Below are positions 41,657 to 51,409 of a DNA stretch of 64,000 nt, one piece after another (the first letter of the stretch is position 1; each line of letters begins with the position of its first letter). The notes under the pieces are model-generated. The model searched no databases. It was not told where the DNA came from and worked only from the letters and a program-made list of their open reading frames with translations. A program made the position numbers and the translations under genes. Origin of the DNA: a virus; the IMG/VR virus record IMGVR_UViG_3300017967_005407, positions 1 through 64,000 of that record, one strand, 5' to 3'.

Positions 41657-42968
41657 CCCAAGAATTGCCGTTATATCCTTGGAATTTATTTGTGCTGCTA
41701 TTAAAGATAATCATGCCTGCTGTTGCCGAAAGTGCATTACGTTCTGTGCTGTTTATAGGATGCGCTTTAAATGCATAACCGCCGACTGTACCTTGTCCGT
41801 CTACACTCAATTTTTTAGGACCGAGAACATCTGGCTGATTAGTGCCATCTGCTACACTTACGCCAAAAATTGTTTTGATGCTATTTGCGTTATCAGGAAC
41901 AGTCCAATTTGGATCAACTGCATATCCCCAATGTCCGGCAGTTTTATATTCTGTTCCGTTATAAGCTAATATAGCTCTTAGGTCTAGTAAATCTCCTGGT
42001 ATAACTTTTGCTTTACCGTCTGCGTTTACTCTATTGTAATGCATACGTCTTTGAGCAAATGGTCCACTTGGGTGTGGAATAACAACAAAATCATTGTATT
42101 CTCTATAATTTGCGTTAATTGTAAGTGTATCATCCACTGCCCCAAAAGACAAAGATCCGTTGTTATTTGTTGCAAGAGAAACATTGCCTTCTGCTGTAAC
42201 ACTCAAACCGATATGTGTGCCTGCTGCATTCAATAAATCGCCTTGTATATTGCCTGTAACGTTACCTGTTATATCCCCAGTGATGTTACCTACAACATCT
42301 CCTACAACATTACCATTTACATTACCTACAACATCGCCATTTAAATTTCCGTAAAATTCCGCAATATCTTGACTTGTGTCTACAACAGTTTGAGCACCTC
42401 TACCAATTACATCACCAGTATGATCACCGATTGTGTCTCCCACTAAACTACCTTCTACGTCACCGTAAACATTACCAAAGTGTTGACCAGATACATCTCC
42501 TAATAATGGACCGTTAAATGTTCCTGCTGTAATGTCGGATACACTCAGACTTGAAACTTCTAAATTACCTAAATTAATAGTTTGAGTATTAATTCTATCA
42601 ACTGTAAGAGTTCTATTTGTAGCATCTAACATTACATTTTCTTGTTCGTCTAATATATCGCCTTGTACATTTCCAGTAACGTCACCAAACAAGTCTCCTA
42701 CAACATCTCCGGTCACATCGCCGATAAACACAGCATCAGTACCATTAGTTCCGCTGTTGAGAACTACACTTCCGTTGGTTGCTGTTACATTACCAGCTAA
42801 TTCACCTTCGTGCTTTCCAAGTAAAACATTATTCACAGTATCAACTAGTGTGGTATTGTCACTACCTACCACCGGCCCTTTTAAAGCACTATTCCAGCTA
42901 TCTACCAAAATTGTGCTATCACTGCCCGTAATATTTAATCTAATTGTATCCCCAGGTAATATGCTCAT
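41643..42968 (-). CDS. Fibre-like virion protein with G-[D/N]-x-x tetrapeptide repeats
   Basis: Blocks such as GDVTGDVVGDLFGDVTGNVQGD; C-terminal GMIIFNSSTNKFQGYNGNSW resembles phage fibre domains; TAAATA and AGGAG upstream. Confidence 0.7.
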   Translation of the reverse strand: MSILPGDTIRLNITGSDSTILVDSWNSALKGPVVGSDNTTLVDTVNNVLLGKHEGELAGNVTATNGSVVLNSGTNGTDAVFIGDVTGDVVGDLFGDVTGNVQGDILDEQENVMLDATNRTLTVDRINTQTINLGNLEVSSLSVSDITAGTFNGPLLGDVSGQHFGNVYGDVEGSLVGDTIGDHTGDVIGRGAQTVVDTSQDIAEFYGNLNGDVVGNVNGNVVGDVVGNITGDITGNVTGNIQGDLLNAAGTHIGLSVTAEGNVSLATNNNGSLSFGAVDDTLTINANYREYNDFVVIPHPSGPFAQRRMHYNRVNADGKAKVIPGDLLDLRAILAYNGTEYKTAGHWGYAVDPNWTVPDNANSIKTIFGVSVADGTNQPDVLGPKKLSVDGQGTVGGYAFKAHPINSTERNALSATAGMIIFNSSTNKFQGYNGNSWVDLG

Positions 42969-42986
42969 GTTTCTTCTCCTACTTTT

Positions 42987-43032
42987 TATTTATCAGTAAA
43001 TAGTTGACAAAACAATTTTACTATGCTAAGTT
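42987..43032. promoter_or_regulatory. Back-to-back late promoters plus a sigma70-like promoter
   Basis: TATTTA-TCAG-TAAATA (42987-43002), then TTGACA-N17-TAAGTT with a TG extension. Confidence 0.6.
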
Positions 43033-43038
43033 ATTATT

Positions 43039-44070
43039 ATGTATGATATCTATTTTATCGGATCAAACTCTCATCCACAATTTACTAAACTTAAAAACAG
43101 ATTTATAACTGCAAAAGCAGTAGATTCTGTAATTACAGCCAAAACTCAATCTAATACTAAAATGCTGTGGGTTGTATATCCTGAACTTGAAATAAATGAA
43201 GATTGGGATTTTATGTACAAGTCTAAACCTGATGATTTAAAATATACTCATGTTTTCCTTAATGGAAAAAATTATGATGGTATATGCTTGATGCCTAAAG
43301 ATAGTCATCATGGACCAGGTGAATTAGCTGCACGTTTTTATATCAACAAAAAATTTACAGATATTTCTGCTAGTACACCAATAGCTGAAACAAGCGATAT
43401 AGTTTTTATAAGTTACAAAGAACCAAATGCAGATGAAAATTATCAACGTCTGCTAGATAGATTCCCAAGAGCAAAACGTATACATGGAGTAAAAGGCATA
43501 CACCAAGCACACATTGAAGCTGCAAAGTTATGCGATACAGAACGTATATGGATCGTAGACGGTGATGCACAAATAGTAGATAATTTTAATTTTGACTATA
43601 TACCCGAATGGTGGAATAAACGTGCTGTGCATGTATGGCGTAGTATAAATCCTGTAAATGGATTAGAATATGGATACGGCGGTATAAAATTATTTCCAAG
43701 AGAAGAAACTATTAACATGGATACAAGTAAGCCTGATATGACTACAAGTATTAGTAACAAATTTGTACCAATGATGCAGGTTAGTAACTATACTTGTTTT
43801 GATACTGATCCTTTTAACACTTGGAAAAGTGCATTTAGAGAGTGTGTTAAATTAAGTAGTAGAGTAATTGATAGACAGAAAAACAATGAAACACAAACTA
43901 GATTAGTTGCTTGGTGTACTAAAAGCTCAGGCGAGTACAAAGAATATGCACTCATAGGTGCCAAATCTGGTGCTGCATATGGCGCAAGAAATAAAACTAA
44001 TAAAGAAGCATTATCCAAAATAAACGACTTTGATTGGCTAGAAGAAAGGTTCAACGATGAATGTAAATAA
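43039..44070 (+). CDS. Putative GT-A (GT2-like) glycosyltransferase with degenerate N-terminal duplicate domain
   Basis: SYKEPNA, IHGVKG..AH, VDGD, YGYGGIKL and WKSAFRECVK motifs. Confidence 0.65.
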   Translation: MYDIYFIGSNSHPQFTKLKNRFITAKAVDSVITAKTQSNTKMLWVVYPELEINEDWDFMYKSKPDDLKYTHVFLNGKNYDGICLMPKDSHHGPGELAARFYINKKFTDISASTPIAETSDIVFISYKEPNADENYQRLLDRFPRAKRIHGVKGIHQAHIEAAKLCDTERIWIVDGDAQIVDNFNFDYIPEWWNKRAVHVWRSINPVNGLEYGYGGIKLFPREETINMDTSKPDMTTSISNKFVPMMQVSNYTCFDTDPFNTWKSAFRECVKLSSRVIDRQKNNETQTRLVAWCTKSSGEYKEYALIGAKSGAAYGARNKTNKEALSKINDFDWLEERFNDECK

Positions 44071-44944
44071 CGAAATTGCAGTTGATAATATTAGCTGGTT
44101 ACATGGACTTCAAGAGTATTTTGATTTTGTAAATGATAAAGAATCAAAAATGCTTGTAGATTTCTTTTTGAGTATGATGTATTCTAAAGACGATATGATA
44201 CAATTATCATTGGATTTTAATATTGCAGAATTTTTACATTTTTTAAGAAAACAAACTACTAATGAAATATTTGATATTTTTGACAAGTATTACAGAAATA
44301 ATTACAACCCTATTTTTTTGCAAGATGCATTTAGTAGAGGACAAGTAAACAGTAAAATTTGGGCAATGGAAGAATTGTCTAAAATACAAAAAGAATTTGA
44401 TACTGTTTATGTATTAGGAGGTTGGTACGGACAAGTTAGACTGTTCCTTGAACAAGTTATAAAATACAATAAAATAAGAGTCTTTGATGTTGATTCTGAA
44501 GCATGTTACATCAGTGACAAGATTTTTAATTTTTCACGTATACAAGATTACAAGGTAAAATCTGTAGAAATGAAGTTGCCAATGGCAAGTAGTAGTGATG
44601 ATGAAAAAAACATGGGCTGGGTAAGCAGAACTGGATGTACTTATAATGTAAAAAATTATACAAACGACAAAGAAATTTTTGAAAAAACACAGCCTGATTT
44701 AATTTTAAACACAAGTGCAGAGCATATGCCTAGTATTTGGTATCAAAAGTTTATACATAGACCAATGGAAAGTGATCCGTTGTTTATAATACAAAGCAAT
44801 AACTTATTTGATGTAGAAGAACATGTAAATTGTGTACACAGTATTGATCATATGTGCAAAAAATTTCCAATGGAGCGTCTTGAATATGCAGGCGAACAAG
44901 AATTATATGGTTACAAAAGATTTATGGTAATAGGACGTCCATGA
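44057..44944 (+). CDS. Putative class I SAM-dependent methyltransferase
   Basis: VYVLGGWYG (motif I-like), acidic FDVD, and DLILNTSAEHM. Confidence 0.7.
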   Translation: MNVNNEIAVDNISWLHGLQEYFDFVNDKESKMLVDFFLSMMYSKDDMIQLSLDFNIAEFLHFLRKQTTNEIFDIFDKYYRNNYNPIFLQDAFSRGQVNSKIWAMEELSKIQKEFDTVYVLGGWYGQVRLFLEQVIKYNKIRVFDVDSEACYISDKIFNFSRIQDYKVKSVEMKLPMASSSDDEKNMGWVSRTGCTYNVKNYTNDKEIFEKTQPDLILNTSAEHMPSIWYQKFIHRPMESDPLFIIQSNNLFDVEEHVNCVHSIDHMCKKFPMERLEYAGEQELYGYKRFMVIGRP

Positions 44945-45165
44945 TAGATTTAGATATTTTAAGTTTAAGACAATTGCAAAAAGAAAGTGCTAGAGCATTG
45001 AGTACTATGCAAGCAACTAATAACAATATTTGGCAGTTTAACAAACAAGCACATCACAATAGTCAGCAATGGTACAAAGCAGTAATACAATGGTATATCG
45101 ATGAGTATGGAGATTTGCCTAGTCAAACTGGACCTGGTAAAAAAGTAAAGTTAGTTATGGAATGA
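44941..45165 (+). CDS. Hypothetical protein
   Basis: 74 aa with ATGA overlaps on both sides. Confidence 0.65.
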   Translation: MIDLDILSLRQLQKESARALSTMQATNNNIWQFNKQAHHNSQQWYKAVIQWYIDEYGDLPSQTGPGKKVKLVME

Positions 45166-45515
45166 AATATACAAAACCTATTAAAATATACTTGTTTAAA
45201 GATCAAAACAGAGTAGATGTTAGTGTAAAAGTTACAGACGATCTTGTTAATGGTTACAGATTTACAATTGATGAATTTGAAAAAATAATCGATAACTGGA
45301 AACATGGTGTTGAATTTCAATTCGAAGGTGGTTATGCAGTTGTGGAGTATAAAAAACACGGACCGAGACCTGAACGTAAAATAGATCCTTATGTGCGTTT
45401 TAGCATAAGTATTGGGTATGGTACATTTCATCATAGATTAACATATGATGATATGATTACAATAGAAAAAGAATATTTCTATCAAAAAAATAATAAAATG
45501 TATTGGGACGAATAA
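45162..45515 (+). CDS. Hypothetical protein
   Basis: 117 aa; translationally coupled to both neighbours. Confidence 0.65.
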   Translation: MKYTKPIKIYLFKDQNRVDVSVKVTDDLVNGYRFTIDEFEKIIDNWKHGVEFQFEGGYAVVEYKKHGPRPERKIDPYVRFSISIGYGTFHHRLTYDDMITIEKEYFYQKNNKMYWDE

Positions 45516-46600
45516 TGTATAGATATGAAGATGTAAAAGTTGTGCATTTAGAAGTAACACAACGATGCCAAGCAGCATGTCCTATGTGTGATCGTAATAT
45601 GAACGGTGGTGCCGATAATCCTCATATAACAAACGCAGAGCTTAGTTTAGAAGATTGTAAACGTATATTCAAACCTGAATTTATCCAACAACTCAAAACA
45701 ATGTTTATGTGTGGCAATTTGGGCGATCCTATTGTTGCACGAGATACATTAGAAATATTCAAATATTTTAGAGAACACAACCCTAATATGTGGTTGAGTA
45801 TGAACACAAACGCAGGAGCAAAAGATGAAACGTGGTGGCGTGAACTTGCCAAAGTCTTTGGTAGAATGGGCGCTGTTATTTTCAGCGTGGATGGTCTTAG
45901 TGACACTAATCATTTATACAGGCAGAATGTTGTCTGGGATAATGTAGAACGTAATATGAGAGCATTTATAGATGCCGGCGGTAGAGCTCGTTGGGATTAT
46001 ATTATTTTTGCACACAACGAACATCAAGTAGAAGAAGCAGAAGCACTTGCTAATTCTTGGGGATGTGAAAAATTTATTAAAAAGAAAACTGGAAGATTTT
46101 ACAGTACTGCTAAGTTAACAGGAAAAGAAACACACCAAGCAAAAAATCGCAAAGGTGAAGATACACAAAACTTAGCTAAACCTAAGAAAAAAGAAAATAT
46201 TAACATTGCGTTGTTAAAAGAAAAACAACTTACCAAAGAATACGGTAGTATGAAAGATTACTACGATACTTGTAAAATTAAATGTAAAGTAGCAGAAGAA
46301 GGTAACATCTTTATCACTGCCGAAGGACTAATGATGCCTTGTTGTTGGACTGCTGGACGCATGTATAAATGGTGGCATCCTGATCCTCGTGTAGAACAAG
46401 TATGGGACTTTATTGATCGTGCTGGGGGTAAAGAAGGCATAGATGTTATAGAAAATAATTTACAGGATGTAATGAATGGAACATTATTATCTGATATTGA
46501 AAATAGTTGGCATCTACCAAGCGTAAATGAAGGAAAATTAGGAGTATGTGCTCAAAAATGTGGCACAGAGTTCGATCCTTTTGCGGAGCAATTTAAATGA
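45515..46600 (+). CDS. Radical SAM protein with C-terminal twitch-like domain
   Basis: CQAACPMC, CGNLGDP and FSVDGL; C-terminal C...PCCW...CAQKC; start at the TAATG overlap. Confidence 0.9.
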   Translation: MYRYEDVKVVHLEVTQRCQAACPMCDRNMNGGADNPHITNAELSLEDCKRIFKPEFIQQLKTMFMCGNLGDPIVARDTLEIFKYFREHNPNMWLSMNTNAGAKDETWWRELAKVFGRMGAVIFSVDGLSDTNHLYRQNVVWDNVERNMRAFIDAGGRARWDYIIFAHNEHQVEEAEALANSWGCEKFIKKKTGRFYSTAKLTGKETHQAKNRKGEDTQNLAKPKKKENINIALLKEKQLTKEYGSMKDYYDTCKIKCKVAEEGNIFITAEGLMMPCCWTAGRMYKWWHPDPRVEQVWDFIDRAGGKEGIDVIENNLQDVMNGTLLSDIENSWHLPSVNEGKLGVCAQKCGTEFDPFAEQFK

Positions 46601-47322
46601 ATTGGAAAGGTAGAGAAATTGAATCTTTACATTTTGGACTTACATATAAATGCACATTAGGATGCTTAGAATGTGCAAGGACCTACGCTACAAAAAACAA
46701 AATTGCCGATATATCAAATACTGTTCATGTTGATTATAAAAATTATACAAAATTAATTAATAAAATTAATCCTTCGTCGATTGAGTTTTGTGGAAATTGG
46801 GGAGATCCGATTTACTATCCTGATTTAATACCTCTTGTGCAATTTATTAGGGAAAAAGAAAAAGACCTAGGCTTTCCAATAAAGATAAAGATGCATACAA
46901 ATGGAAGTTATAGAGATAAAACGTTTTGGAATGAATTGGGCAATGTAATGACTTCAAATGATTGTATATTTTTTTCAATTGATGGTACAAGAGAAAATTT
47001 TACCAAATACAGAGTTAACGGAGATATTCAAAGCATAGACGTAGGTATTCAATCATTATTAGAAGTTGAAAATAAACCTACTTTGTATCAAAAAACTATT
47101 TGTTTTTCTTATAACAAGTGGAAGTTAGTTGATATAGTAAAAGAAGCTATTAATGCTAAGTTTGATTATATAAGGTTTGACTGGCCGCATGTGAGTGAGC
47201 ACGAATGGCTTCGTCCTGATTTTTCAGCACGTTGGGCTTGGAAAGTTTTAAAATTAGCTGGATATGATTTTAATTATCCAAAAAACAATACAGATATATT
47301 AGTAAAGTCGTTAAATGTTTAA
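46597..47322 (+). CDS. Radical SAM core lacking its C-terminal Cys domain
   Basis: CTLGCLEC, CGNWGDP, HTNGS and FSIDG; no PCC motif. Confidence 0.85.
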   Translation: MNWKGREIESLHFGLTYKCTLGCLECARTYATKNKIADISNTVHVDYKNYTKLINKINPSSIEFCGNWGDPIYYPDLIPLVQFIREKEKDLGFPIKIKMHTNGSYRDKTFWNELGNVMTSNDCIFFSIDGTRENFTKYRVNGDIQSIDVGIQSLLEVENKPTLYQKTICFSYNKWKLVDIVKEAINAKFDYIRFDWPHVSEHEWLRPDFSARWAWKVLKLAGYDFNYPKNNTDILVKSLNV

Positions 47323-47605
47323 AAAAATTAAACCTATGTGTATGGAAAATTTACACCCCTTTGTAGAAATAAATGGTTTATTTTTACCGTGTTGTTATTT
47401 AACAACTCATTCTAATCATGAGCAGGAGTTAAGAAGTTTATTTGGTGACGATTACGAAATGTTAAAATTACAAAACAATCACCCAAAAAAAATTATGAAA
47501 CTTTGGAATAAAATTTATATGACTTGGAGAACAAAAAATCCTTATGTAGGATGCCTTAGGCATTGTCCTAAAAATGGCTCTTTAAAAATTAAGGAAAATG
47601 ATTAA
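47315..47605 (+). CDS. Stand-alone twitch/SPASM-like Cys domain
   Basis: C...G.FLPCCY...CLRHC matches the C-terminal domain of the neighbouring rSAM paralogues. Confidence 0.7.
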   Translation: MFKKIKPMCMENLHPFVEINGLFLPCCYLTTHSNHEQELRSLFGDDYEMLKLQNNHPKKIMKLWNKIYMTWRTKNPYVGCLRHCPKNGSLKIKEND

Positions 47606-48627
47606 TGTTTGGTAATGCTAAAATATTACAATTAGAATTAAGTAGTATGTGTAATGCATTGTGTTTAGGTTGTCATAGGACCGAAACAATAAATTTTAAT
47701 GAAACAAAAAAAGTAATACCAAAAAAACAATTAGTAAAATTAGAAACATTTGAAAAACTTTTGAAATCAAAAACTATGTCTACACTTACTGATTTAGAAT
47801 TTTGTGGAACAATTGATGATCCGTTAATGCATCCAGATTTTGATAAATTTTTGTCAACAGCTAGTAAAATTAATAAAGATTTTGTTACTAGTGTGCATAC
47901 AAATGGAAGTTTACGTTCTCCTGAATATTTTAAAAAAATAGGCAAAGAATTACTAAAGTTTCCTAATCACAGTTTGCATTTTAGTATTGATGGATTGAGA
48001 AATACAAATCATATATATAGACAAAAGACCGATTTTGATAAAATCATAGAAAATGCCAAAGCAGCAATTGATAGCGGTGCTAGAGTTATTTGGCAATACT
48101 TGATATTTCCTTGGAATGAACATCAAGTTGATCAAGCAGAAGAATTAGCTTATAAAATGGGGTTTAAAAGTTTTCATAAAAGATACGATTTGTCTCATAT
48201 AAGCGAAACCGAAACACCTGAAAGTGTAGTGGTAAAAAAGGCAAAAAATAAGCCGTTACCGGATGATGATTTTGAGCCAAAAGATTATACAGAAAAAGAA
48301 AAACTTGAAATAAGTTGTCATAGTTTAGAACGTAAAATGTATTTTATGGGTTATGATAGTAAAATTTGGCCCTGTTGTTTTTTACATAATGGTTATTTTA
48401 TGAATCACGGAATGTACAATCATATGACCGACCGTATCAATAAAAATTATGGAGATAACTTTAACAACTTAGAATATTATACAATGGATGAAATCGTCAA
48501 ACACGAATTTTTTCAAAATGATTTAATAAAAAGTTTTGAAGCAAAAGTAGGCGAAGGCAAATGTGATAAAATAAAAAGATGTGCAGATACTTGCACAGTT
48601 AAAAGGAAAACAAAGCATGATGCGTAA
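47605..48627 (+). CDS. Radical SAM protein with C-terminal twitch-like domain
   Basis: CNALCLGC, CGTIDDP, FSIDGL and PCCF...CADTC. Confidence 0.9.
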   Translation: MFGNAKILQLELSSMCNALCLGCHRTETINFNETKKVIPKKQLVKLETFEKLLKSKTMSTLTDLEFCGTIDDPLMHPDFDKFLSTASKINKDFVTSVHTNGSLRSPEYFKKIGKELLKFPNHSLHFSIDGLRNTNHIYRQKTDFDKIIENAKAAIDSGARVIWQYLIFPWNEHQVDQAEELAYKMGFKSFHKRYDLSHISETETPESVVVKKAKNKPLPDDDFEPKDYTEKEKLEISCHSLERKMYFMGYDSKIWPCCFLHNGYFMNHGMYNHMTDRINKNYGDNFNNLEYYTMDEIVKHEFFQNDLIKSFEAKVGEGKCDKIKRCADTCTVKRKTKHDA

Positions 48628-49981
48628 TTATACAGTAGCATTTATAGATAATACCGAATTAGCAAACAATGATATAGCCAGAGGAGTTAGTAAAAATTTA
48701 ACTGAATTTTGGTGGGTAGAATTAGGAGCTCAAATAGGATTAAAAAATATTAAAAAGTTTTTGAGCCATCAGCAAGCTATTAAATATGCCGTTAAAAATA
48801 ATGTAGAACACTTAGTATGTATTAATATGGGTAATGATTTAGAAGTACAAGGAAGATTCCTAGAAACCTTGGATAGCTTTTTAGTTGAAGATGATATATT
48901 AGTAGGGCACATACTAGATAGAAAAGAACGTTATATTGAAATACATGATCAAGCATTTTATCTAAATACAAAAAAATTAAAAGAAATTAGCGATTGTGAT
49001 TTCACAAGACACGAAGATAGTATAGAATTGATTGAGCCAACAAGAAGTGAAGAAAATCATCACGATGAATACACTCCATTTTGGATTGCGCCAAGTTTAT
49101 TTACAAATACATATAAAAATTGTAAGCGTGGTTATAAAATTGTAAATGATATTTTAAAAGCTGGATATACGATTAGAAGTTTTGATAATTATGTTAGAAA
49201 AAGCAAGTTTTATTTGTATCCAGACACTGATGATACTAGTGATAAATTAGCACAGCTTACAGAAAAACAGTTAATAAGTAAATTTTATGTATACAATACT
49301 GATACAAACAATACTAATTCTAGGTTTGTTAAATCCTGTACTAATGCGCAACCTCTAAGTAGAATGGTTACAGTTGCAGCAGGATTAAATCATTTAAAAA
49401 TTATAAAAGAAATAGGATACACAAAGGATTTTGAATTAATGTTTGCAGACTATGATAGATTTAGTTTGTATGTAATGCGTAAAATGTATGAAACATGGGA
49501 TGGTAGAGATTACAAAAAATTTATTCAAAGTATAGATACACGTACATACAATGGAAACTTTGTAGCAGAAAACTTTGGCGATTTTGATAATGATTTTATA
49601 GAACACTGGGGAGGGTTTGAGGAGTGGTGTACTTGGTGGACCGAATTTAGAGATAATATCAAAGTTAAATTTGAAAGAGTAAACTATTTACTTGTTAGAC
49701 AGCATACAGATCAAGTGAATAAAATACATGATTTTTTAAATGTTGAAGGAAATAAAATACTTTGGTTGAGTAATGTTTATCATTATAAACCTACAAGTAT
49801 TTTCCATAGTCTGATAGATAGGGCTAGAGCACAAGATTATTTAATTAGTCGAATACCAAATACTGTTCATATATTTGGTGATTTTGCTATGCCTTATGGA
49901 TCTCCTGGACTTACTAGTGACAAATATATAAAAATTGAAAAAATTGCACATCAATTTTTAAATCAAATAGAAAATAATTAA
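48617..49981 (+). CDS. Hypothetical enzyme (paralogue of 57680..58969)
   Basis: AAGGA SD before ATG 48617; shares F..YNT[D/E] and WDG blocks with the 57680 ORF. Confidence 0.6.
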   Translation: MMRNYTVAFIDNTELANNDIARGVSKNLTEFWWVELGAQIGLKNIKKFLSHQQAIKYAVKNNVEHLVCINMGNDLEVQGRFLETLDSFLVEDDILVGHILDRKERYIEIHDQAFYLNTKKLKEISDCDFTRHEDSIELIEPTRSEENHHDEYTPFWIAPSLFTNTYKNCKRGYKIVNDILKAGYTIRSFDNYVRKSKFYLYPDTDDTSDKLAQLTEKQLISKFYVYNTDTNNTNSRFVKSCTNAQPLSRMVTVAAGLNHLKIIKEIGYTKDFELMFADYDRFSLYVMRKMYETWDGRDYKKFIQSIDTRTYNGNFVAENFGDFDNDFIEHWGGFEEWCTWWTEFRDNIKVKFERVNYLLVRQHTDQVNKIHDFLNVEGNKILWLSNVYHYKPTSIFHSLIDRARAQDYLISRIPNTVHIFGDFAMPYGSPGLTSDKYIKIEKIAHQFLNQIENN

Positions 49982-49998
49982 GTGCGCAGTTAATGGAA

Positions 49999-50004
49999 TA
50001 AATA
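49999..50004 (+). promoter_or_regulatory. Late promoter core TAAATA ahead of a radical SAM operon
   Basis: TAAATA-CAGT-ATG(50009) in a 27-bp intergenic gap. Confidence 0.65.
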
Positions 50005-50008
50005 CAGT

Positions 50009-51409
50009 ATGAGTAAAGTATCAGATACATTTTGCATCCTTCCATGGGTGCATCTAAGCACAAGACCAGACGGAAGTATGCGTGTTTGTTGTACAGCAAA
50101 CGCTAGTAGCGTTGGACCAACAAACGATAAAGAGCATGGTGGCCAAGTTGGTATCTTAAAAACGGATGATGGTAAACCAAACAATTTAAACGTAACAGAT
50201 TTCCAAACTGCTTGGAACAGCAAATACATGAAAAATGTGCGTAAGCAAATGATGAATGGCGAAAAGCCGCCTAGTTGTTTAAAATGTTATAAAGAAGAAG
50301 CAGCAGGACACAATTCAAAACGCATGTGGGAAACAGCGTATTGGAGTCAACGTGTAAATGTAGATGATTTGATTGCTAACACAACTGATGATGGCGAAGT
50401 GCCTCCTCAGCTTGCATACATTGATTTGCGTTTTGGAACCAAATGTCAGTTAGCTTGTGTAATGTGTAGTCCCCACGATAGTTCGGGTTGGATAAAAGAT
50501 TATAAAAAGATCTTTCCAGATGTAAAAAATGAATCTCTAAAAGAAACAATGCAATGGCAAGACAAAGGCAGTTATAATGGTAGTAGTTATAACTGGCATA
50601 AACAGAATGATACGTTTTGGGAACAGTTTTATGAGCAAATGCCTAATATGCAGCAAATATATTTTGCTGGCGGCGAAAGTTTAATTATTGAGGAGCATTA
50701 TGAGATACTTGAAGAAGCAATTCGACAAGGTATTGCAAAAGATCTTGAACTACGTTATAACTCAAATGGAGTTGAATGGAGAGAGGATTTATTTGATTTA
50801 TGGAAAGAATTCAAACTGGTGCGTTTTCACTATTCGGTAGATAGTATACACGAAATGAATAGCTATATTCGTTATCCTAGTGAATGGAAACGCACAGAAG
50901 AAGTATTCCACATATTAGATAAAGAAACTAGCAATAATGTTGAAGTTACTATTGCTTGTGCAGTACAAGCGTTAAATGTGTATTACTTACCAGACTTTAT
51001 TAAATGGAAACTTGAACAAGGGTTTAGTAAAATTAATATGTGGCCATTTGGCGCAGGCGGTATTAACTATCACTTTGTATATCATCCCCCACATCTTAAT
51101 GTAAAAGTGTTACCTAAATGGTTTAAAGAAGAAGTGCGTAAAAAGTACGAAGAGTTTTATCCTTGGTGGAAAGAAAACTGGGAACTAGGTGTTCCTAGTT
51201 GGCACAAGGGCAAAGTTAATGAAAGCATGTTTGAAGCAGCACCGTACGGATTAAAACGTCTCGAAGGTATGTTAAGTTTTATGGAAAGTGAAGACTGGAG
51301 TGTTCGCTTACCAGAAATGAAAGAATTTATTGAGTTGTGCGACAAACAACGTGGATTAAACTGGCAGGAAATATTTCCTGAAATGAAGGATATATTTAAA
51401 GATGTCTGA
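50009..51409 (+). CDS. Radical SAM protein with N-terminal twitch-like domain
   Basis: FCILPW...VCC...CLKC; CQLACVMC; FAGGE. Confidence 0.92.
   Translation: MSKVSDTFCILPWVHLSTRPDGSMRVCCTANASSVGPTNDKEHGGQVGILKTDDGKPNNLNVTDFQTAWNSKYMKNVRKQMMNGEKPPSCLKCYKEEAAGHNSKRMWETAYWSQRVNVDDLIANTTDDGEVPPQLAYIDLRFGTKCQLACVMCSPHDSSGWIKDYKKIFPDVKNESLKETMQWQDKGSYNGSSYNWHKQNDTFWEQFYEQMPNMQQIYFAGGESLIIEEHYEILEEAIRQGIAKDLELRYNSNGVEWREDLFDLWKEFKLVRFHYSVDSIHEMNSYIRYPSEWKRTEEVFHILDKETSNNVEVTIACAVQALNVYYLPDFIKWKLEQGFSKINMWPFGAGGINYHFVYHPPHLNVKVLPKWFKEEVRKKYEEFYPWWKENWELGVPSWHKGKVNESMFEAAPYGLKRLEGMLSFMESEDWSVRLPEMKEFIELCDKQRGLNWQEIFPEMKDIFKDV

Noticed and set aside
42236-42730. Short nucleotide repeats (e.g. cctacaacat) as a CRISPR array or DGR/VNTR
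   Set aside because: Fully explained by the encoded G-D/N-V-V/T tetrapeptides; no repeat-spacer structure or reverse transcriptase.
44941-45515. Small ORFs as RiPP precursor peptides for the rSAMs
   Set aside because: They look globular, with no leader/core pattern and no recognisable RRE/PqqD, protease or transporter nearby; a RiPP model is unsupported though not excluded.
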